In this document: positions 58,905 through 64,000 of the stretch, piece after piece
Position numbering within the stretch: the first letter of the stretch is position 1
How the letters are laid out: every line of letters begins with the position of its first letter
Source: an uncultured Gammaproteobacteria bacterium
Lineage (GTDB): Bacteria > Pseudomonadota > Gammaproteobacteria > GCA-001735895
Length of the DNA: 64,000 bases
Reading direction: 5' to 3'
Assembly (NCBI GenBank): GCA_963835795.1
Contig: CAWIHJ010000050.1
Coordinates: 12,849-76,848, forward strand
Position numbers and translations under genes: made by a program
Notes under the pieces: generated by a model
Databases searched by the model: none
The model's input: the letters and a program-made list of their open reading frames with translations, nothing else
What the model was told of the DNA's origin: nothing

Positions 58905-59162
58905 TTTTTTTCAAGGCGTCCTTTCTATTACTTTAGCGTACGATTTGAATATCGAACGATCAGGTAGAACCTGGAGGGAATCCAATCCATACGCTATTCC
59001 CTGGCAGATAGAATAACGAAGAACGACCATATTGCACAATCGGCAAAACGCCGTGTTTTTTTGAAGACCACCCGGCAACCTGATCACCTCAATAAGCTGT
59101 GAAACGGATAGTCCCGCAGGGAACCGGTCCAGTGTCAGAGCAAGCCGACCTGACTTCACAAT

Positions 59163-59216
59163 ATTAAAAAGAGCAGCAGAATCGAGACACTAATAGCTAG
59201 CATCCCGGATTCTGCT
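59163..59216 (-). terminator. possible intrinsic terminator after the substrate-binding protein gene
   Basis: The minus strand reads agcagaatc-(24-nt loop)-gattctgct followed by gctcttttt, 14 nt after the stop at 59230. The loop is long. Confidence 0.45.
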
Positions 59217-59229
59217 TCAATGCGATCTA

Positions 59230-60285
59230 CTACAGCGCCTCTTTCAAAAGTGCGCAATCCGTCCCGTCTTCGAAATCGACTTTCTTCGTCATGAAGCCAA
59301 ACTTGATCCACCAGTCGTTTGTGGTTTCCCAGTTGGCTTTGGCCTGGCCGTTGGGCTGGCCGAACGGCGCTTCGCCGGGAATGACACCACAAAAACGAGC
59401 GGCCTGTTCCAGGCTGTACATGTAGATACCGTTGTCCTCGGTGGGCACGAGAATTGACGCGACGTCTTCTTCCGAGAATCCGATTGCGTCGCCAATAATT
59501 TTGCCAGCTTCTACCGGGTTTGCTCTCCAGTACTCAACAGCGTCAAAAATAGCCTTCGTGGTTTTGACCGCTATGTCGCGGTGCTTGGTGGTGAATGTGT
59601 CAGACATAAAGAACGCGTCGCCAATAAGTCCCGTTTTGGTCCAGAATTCCTCACGTGAATTACTGACTGAACGCGCACCGGGGAGATCAGCCAGAACCTG
59701 CGCGCCAAAGGGATCCCACAGTTCAGCTGCAGCGATCTGGCCACTGGTCATTGCCGCCGCCGCATCACCGGCGACAAGATTGACCATCTGAACGTCGTCG
59801 ACGCTAACGCCATTTTGCTCAAGCCAGATGGCCACCATGATTTGCGACAGGCCGCCCTCCAGGATCGCAATTTGTTGCCCCTTTAGATCGGATGCTGTTT
59901 TGATATCAGGACGCACAACAATATTGTCAGTACCATTGCTCAGGTTCGTAAAAGTAACGAGTTTGAATCCCATGTCTTCTGCGGTCGCGATAGGTCCGAA
60001 CTCAACTGTACTGAAAACAACATCCAGCTGACCGGACGAAAGCAGGCTGAAGAGCTGAATTGGGTCTTCAATGATGGTGAATTCAAATTCAAGATCCGGC
60101 GACAGATTCTTTTCCTGTGCTACATACAAAAACCCATAACCTGGCCAGGTAAAATGGCCGACCCGAACTTTTTCTTTTGCGCTCACGGCTGCGGTCGTGC
60201 CTACGACCAGGGCACAAGACAGGGCCGCGAAAGCAAGCAAGCGCAAGAACTGCCTAAATAGTATTTTTGGAATCTGTAAACTCAT
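59230..60285 (-). CDS. ABC transporter substrate-binding protein, NMT1/TauA (nitrate/sulfonate/bicarbonate) type
   Basis: It has the signal peptide FLRLLAFAALSCALVVGTTAAVSA, then KVRVGHFTWPGYGFLYVAQEKN. I prefer the ATG at 60285 (7 nt after gaggag) within track ORF 59230..60300. Confidence 0.78.
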   Translation of the reverse strand: MSLQIPKILFRQFLRLLAFAALSCALVVGTTAAVSAKEKVRVGHFTWPGYGFLYVAQEKNLSPDLEFEFTIIEDPIQLFSLLSSGQLDVVFSTVEFGPIATAEDMGFKLVTFTNLSNGTDNIVVRPDIKTASDLKGQQIAILEGGLSQIMVAIWLEQNGVSVDDVQMVNLVAGDAAAAMTSGQIAAAELWDPFGAQVLADLPGARSVSNSREEFWTKTGLIGDAFFMSDTFTTKHRDIAVKTTKAIFDAVEYWRANPVEAGKIIGDAIGFSEEDVASILVPTEDNGIYMYSLEQAARFCGVIPGEAPFGQPNGQAKANWETTNDWWIKFGFMTKKVDFEDGTDCALLKEAL

Positions 60286-60333
60286 TTTCATTCTCCTCAC
60301 GGTTATAGTGTTATATATTTATTTTAAACTCTC

Positions 60334-61182
60334 TCAACTTGATGGACCCTGAATTTCTTCCCGCATCAAGGTGTAAAGATGCTTTTCCATTTCTACGTAT
60401 CCCGGCTCGGTAAGCAGGTCCTCTTTCTTCTTAAAGCGCCGTCCTTTTTTGAATTCCATCGCTATATCTTCTTTTATTCTTCCGGGCTGGCGAGTGAAAA
60501 ATATGATCCGGTCAGCCAGATAGATTGCTTCCTGAATGTCGTGGGTAACAAGAACAATCGTCTTGTCCGTGTCTTCACATATTTCGACCACCATCTCTTC
60601 CATTTCCCAGGTAACCTGGGCATCGAGTGCGCCGAAAGGTTCGTCGAGCAACAAAATTTGTGGATCCTGTGCCAGTGCCCGCGCGATGGCGACACGCTGC
60701 TTCATGCCGCCGGACAGTTCATCCGGATAAGCATTAGCGAAGTCGGTTAGATGAACGAGTTTCAGGTAGTGCTCTGCTCGCTCACGTTGCTCGGCTTTTG
60801 AATATCCCTGAATAGCGACGCCATGCTGAACATTTTCAATAACCGTCAGCCATGGGAAGGAGGTATAGGCCTGGAAAACGAGCCCGCGCTCGGGGCCGGG
60901 TCCATGAATCGGCATGCCAAAAGACTCGACATTGCCTCGTGTCGGGAACTCCAATCCTGCCATCAGGCGCAGTACGGTGGTTTTACCGCAACCCGACGGG
61001 CCAATCATCGCGGTAACTTCGTGCTCCTTGATATCGAATGACATGTCGTCGACGGCAACACGCTCGCCATTCAAATACTCTTTTGTCGCGCGATTGACGC
61101 TGAGAGGAAACTTACCTTCTTTCTGGGCAGCCTCGAGAGCCGCATGATGCTCCGGACTAAACTTGTTTTTGAATAAACCCAT
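60334..61182 (-). CDS. ABC transporter ATP-binding protein (NitT/TauT type)
   Basis: It has Walker A GPSGCGKTT, the signature LSGGMKQRVAIARAL and Walker B ILLLDEPFGALD. Confidence 0.9.
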   Translation of the reverse strand: MGLFKNKFSPEHHAALEAAQKEGKFPLSVNRATKEYLNGERVAVDDMSFDIKEHEVTAMIGPSGCGKTTVLRLMAGLEFPTRGNVESFGMPIHGPGPERGLVFQAYTSFPWLTVIENVQHGVAIQGYSKAEQRERAEHYLKLVHLTDFANAYPDELSGGMKQRVAIARALAQDPQILLLDEPFGALDAQVTWEMEEMVVEICEDTDKTIVLVTHDIQEAIYLADRIIFFTRQPGRIKEDIAMEFKKGRRFKKKEDLLTEPGYVEMEKHLYTLMREEIQGPSS

Positions 61183-61194
61183 CCTGCAGATTCC

Positions 61195-62112
61195 TCAGCG
61201 CCGTGTACGTGTGTGGGGGAAAAGAAAATAAGCCGCGAGCCGGAAAGAAATATCCGTTAAGACACCCAAAACCCCGATTGTCAGAATGCCGCCCATAATC
61301 ACATCAACGTGCAGAAAACGTGCGCCGCGCATCATGACTGCACCAATGCCATCTGTCGCGGCGACGATTTCTGCGATGACAAGATAAGTCCATGATACGG
61401 CAATCATATTGCGCATCGAGTCGAGAATTTGTGGCGCAGCGGATCGGAATGTAACGCGGAAGATGATATGAAATCGCCCCGCCCCCATCGTCTGTGCAGA
61501 TTCGATCAGCGCCCGCGGCACTGCTTCGATATTATCGAGGATCAGTGCCACCAGGAAAAAAACACAGCCGAGGAAAAGGAGGGCCATTTTCGCCGCGTCA
61601 GTTGGTCCAAGATACACCAGCAACAGGGGCACGAATGAAGCAGCAGGCAAATAGCGCAGTCCGCCAACAGTCGGATTGATCAGGGCTCGCATTTTGATGA
61701 ATGAGCCCATAAGAACCCCGAGTGGGATCGCAACCAGACAGGCGATAAAGAAGCTGAGGTAAATGCGATAGACACTCTTGCCAACGTCAGCCAGGTAACC
61801 TTTTTCGGTAAACAGAAAGTACACCTTGCTGGTCACCTGACCTACGCTCGGCAAGAATTTTTGCTGTTGCTCGGGCGTTAAAAGGTGTGCTATCTCCCAT
61901 ATAGCGAACAGGAAAATAACACCGAGAAGTCCCAACACAATAGATTGTGTGCGACTAATTGTCCCTCGAAGCTCCAAAAATTTTTCACGCGGGGGCTTGT
62001 ATAGAGGTGCGACTCCAGGTGCCTCCACTCGGTTGTTTTCCGGTGATGCAGTCGTGGTCGTGTTATTCATCTGTGCATTTCCATACCTTTTCCCATCGTG
62101 TTCGCCGAACAA
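61195..62112 (-). CDS. ABC transporter permease (NitT/TauT type)
   Basis: It has the EAA-loop region ESAQTMGAGRFHIIFRVTFRSAAP and is polytopic. The start may instead be the ATG at 62070 (MNNTTTT). Confidence 0.85.
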   Translation of the reverse strand: MFGEHDGKRYGNAQMNNTTTTASPENNRVEAPGVAPLYKPPREKFLELRGTISRTQSIVLGLLGVIFLFAIWEIAHLLTPEQQQKFLPSVGQVTSKVYFLFTEKGYLADVGKSVYRIYLSFFIACLVAIPLGVLMGSFIKMRALINPTVGGLRYLPAASFVPLLLVYLGPTDAAKMALLFLGCVFFLVALILDNIEAVPRALIESAQTMGAGRFHIIFRVTFRSAAPQILDSMRNMIAVSWTYLVIAEIVAATDGIGAVMMRGARFLHVDVIMGGILTIGVLGVLTDISFRLAAYFLFPHTRTRR

Positions 62113-62359
62113 CCACCAATTCCAGAAGCGCTTGTTCGCGCCTTCTTGGAGTTCGATGACTTACAAATTCTGTGGCCATAACTTTCCTCCAGGTCTGTAA
62201 GAGCGGTGTCTTACCACGTTAAGAAGCTTCATGATGCTCCAAACAGTTGTAATTTAATACCAGCCACCGCTCGATCAAACGCTACGGGAACTAGAAGGCA
62301 ATTAGGGCAGACTGCTGACTTTTGGCAACTTGTCGGTCTGTGTTATCCGGTGGAGCATT

Positions 62360-62477
62360 CATTATTTTCTACCATTTTTTGCTGGATCCGGTAAACAGAA
62401 TTCCTATCTAAGCATAGAGAATTGGGGCAGACCACACCCATATTCCGCTACTTAATATCGATTAAATCGATGCTTTT
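62360..62477 (-). promoter_or_regulatory. copy B of the 118-bp duplicated promoter/operator/leader unit, inverted relative to copy A
   Basis: See copy A. It contains the perfect 15-bp palindrome atcgattaaatcgat (62457..62471). Its terminal ATG (62362..62360) opens only a 23-codon ORF (MNAPPDNTDRQVAKSQQSALIAF), about 250 nt upstream of the permease gene. Confidence 0.8.
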
Positions 62478-62723
62478 ACCATTACGTCACTTCAGCTTTG
62501 CAAACAATCCCGGTCAATAAATTAAGCCGTTTTACTTGGTTCCCCGTCACAGACTTAATGCAATTCAGCTCTGCTATTAACCAGTGTTACCCGACCCTGG
62601 CCTATTCGGCAGGGACTGGGTTTGTACCTCAAAATCTTACTAAACCCCCCGCCTGTTTTCTCGGTCGGTTTAAGTCAAAGATATTTTTTAATTGGCCAAT
62701 TAGTTAATTACATTTTTAAAGCA

Positions 62724-62739
62724 CTGTCAAGCTTGACAG
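62724..62739. promoter_or_regulatory. 16-bp perfect palindrome ctgtcaagcttgacag (candidate regulator binding site)
   Basis: The palindrome can be read directly in the sequence. It is flanked by aaagca...tgcttt and lies between two copies of an aattgRccaattaRttaat motif (62690..62709 and 62837..62856). Confidence 0.55.
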
Positions 62740-63081
62740 GATGCCCTGCTTTAAACCAGTTCCAGGTTATCCAGGGCGCACTGTCATTAGCGATTTGCAA
62801 TCGATCACTATGGTTGAACTATCCGAATAATTAAATAATTGACCAATTAATTAATACATGGGATAGTTTATCAAGAATAAGTGATTGCAGAAGTGTTTAG
62901 GAACAATCTCCCGCCCTGGGCGCACAGTTGATAAAGGCCAAAATCCACCGATGTGACCTGGCTTTTGCCGTTGGACCGTGGCTGATAGCTGCGATTCTAG
63001 CCAACTGACCCGAGTGACCTGAAATCTTGCCTGCCTTCGAAGTTAACTGTCGTTATCTGAGTTAAAAAGAGGTTATAAAAA

Positions 63082-64000
63082 ATGAGCAACGAACCCAAGA
63101 GTGTCGACCAGTTGCGACAACACCTGGTATCGCACAATATCAAATATCTGATTCCCAGTTATGTCGATATGCACGGAGCGCCAAAAACAAAAATGGTGCC
63201 GATTGCTCACCTGGAAAAAATGCTGAGAGGCTCGGAGTTTTTTACCGGCGCAGCGCTGGATGGCGTTCCGCAGGATGTGTCCGACGAAGAAGTTTGCGCA
63301 CACCCGGATCCTGACTCCTGCATGATTGTTCCGTGGCGAGACGATTGCGCCTGGTTTGCCAGCGACCTTTGGACTGAAGGCAATCCTTTCCCTGCCTGTA
63401 ACCGCGGTATTTTAAAACGCGTATTGGCGCAAGCCAAAAGCCTGGGATACACGGTCAATTGCGGTATCGAGGCAGAGTTTTATGCCTTCAACGACGATGA
63501 CAAACGGCTGGATCCGATGAGTTCGTTGCCGAATTTGCAGAAACCCGCTTACGACATTGTTCGACTCATGGATAACCTGGATTTGTGGCTCAGCGAAACC
63601 GTCGATGCAATGAATGACCTGGGCTGGGACGTCTATTCGTTTGACCACGAAGACGGCATCGGGCAATTCGAAATCGATTTCGACTACTCCAATGCATTAA
63701 CGATGGCGGACCGCTTTGTATTCCTGCGGGTGCTTACCAATGAAATGGCACGCAAGCATGGCGGCTATACCAGCTACATGCCGAAACCTTATGGTGATAA
63801 AGCCGGCAGTGGCGCGCACTACAACATGTCTCTGGCATCGGCAGATGGCAAGAATCTGTTCGACGTGGGTTCAGGAGAGGATCCACGAAATTGTGGATTA
63901 ACGGAACTTGGCTATCACTTTATCGGTGGCGTGTTGCGCCATCTTCCTGCGATTCAGGCGGTGTCCGCACCGATGGTCAACAGTTACAAACGCCTGATCG
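63082..64000 (+). CDS. glutamine synthetase family protein (type I-like, GlnA/PuuA-type paralog); the 3' end runs off the window
   Basis: The ATG at 63082 follows aaagagg. MSNEPKSVDQLRQHLVSHNIKYLIPSYVDMHGAPKTKMVP...GIEAEFYAF...SFDHEDGIGQFEIDFDY...MPKPYGDKAGSGAHYNMSL...NSYKRL. The ORF is open at the edge, so it is absent from the track. Confidence 0.88.
   Translation, partial: MSNEPKSVDQLRQHLVSHNIKYLIPSYVDMHGAPKTKMVPIAHLEKMLRGSEFFTGAALDGVPQDVSDEEVCAHPDPDSCMIVPWRDDCAWFASDLWTEGNPFPACNRGILKRVLAQAKSLGYTVNCGIEAEFYAFNDDDKRLDPMSSLPNLQKPAYDIVRLMDNLDLWLSETVDAMNDLGWDVYSFDHEDGIGQFEIDFDYSNALTMADRFVFLRVLTNEMARKHGGYTSYMPKPYGDKAGSGAHYNMSLASADGKNLFDVGSGEDPRNCGLTELGYHFIGGVLRHLPAIQAVSAPMVNSYKRLI

Noticed and set aside
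56104-62477. The inverted 118-bp repeats might be the terminal inverted repeats of an IS, composite transposon or MITE pair.
   Set aside because: There is no transposase or integrase between or near them, and I could see no target-site duplication. Homology decays gradually at the outer ends. The inner ends coincide with RBS-ATG signals, which fits a duplicated promoter/leader better than transposon ends.
62941-62995. Sigma-54-like GG/GC elements (tggcttttgccgttgg and tggctgatagctgcg) lie upstream of the GS-family gene.
   Set aside because: The GG-to-GC spacing is off by one or the GC is missing. Neither matches TGGCAC-N5-TTGC well enough to call.

Overview
This 64-kb window looks like a GC-rich gammaproteobacterial chromosome. 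It has apbC divergent from metG and an rnfABCDGE-nth block, as in E. coli and Pseudomonas. I support about 60 protein-coding genes. I found no rRNA, tRNA, CRISPR array, transposase or integrase. Left to right the window contains: apbC/metG; a secreted trypsin-like protease plus FHA membrane protein pair; the rnf operon and nth; a TPP enzyme, a ClC channel, nadC and a Na/Pi cotransporter; amgK-murU; mazG; regulators with Rieske oxygenases; a visibly AT-richer islet with a vWA lipoprotein; alaX and dinB; a BacNav-type sodium channel; an 11-gene minus-strand chemosensory block (35.4-46.6 kb); a hydantoinase/oxoprolinase-oxidase-aldolase operon; and an AT-richer accessory stretch (about 53.9-63.1 kb) ending in a glutamine-synthetase-family gene. 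Four observations stand out. (1) The chemosensory operon follows the pilG-pilH-pilI-pilJ-chpA-chpC order but has no CheR or CheB. It carries an orphan periplasmic binding protein and a stand-alone Cache-like periplasmic protein wedged between the CheW and MCP genes. (2) A 6.4-kb Rieske/TIM-barrel/TetR/ABC module is bracketed by two inverted 118-bp copies (about 86 percent identical by hand alignment) of one promoter-operator-leader-ATG unit. (3) The overlapping protease/FHA gene pair sits at the metG-rnf junction. (4) Between about 6.7 and 17.4 kb there is a dense tract of at least 15 reading-frame disruptions, against two elsewhere. This is either poor sequence quality or real gene decay. All family assignments rest on motifs I read in the translations. 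No database search was run.
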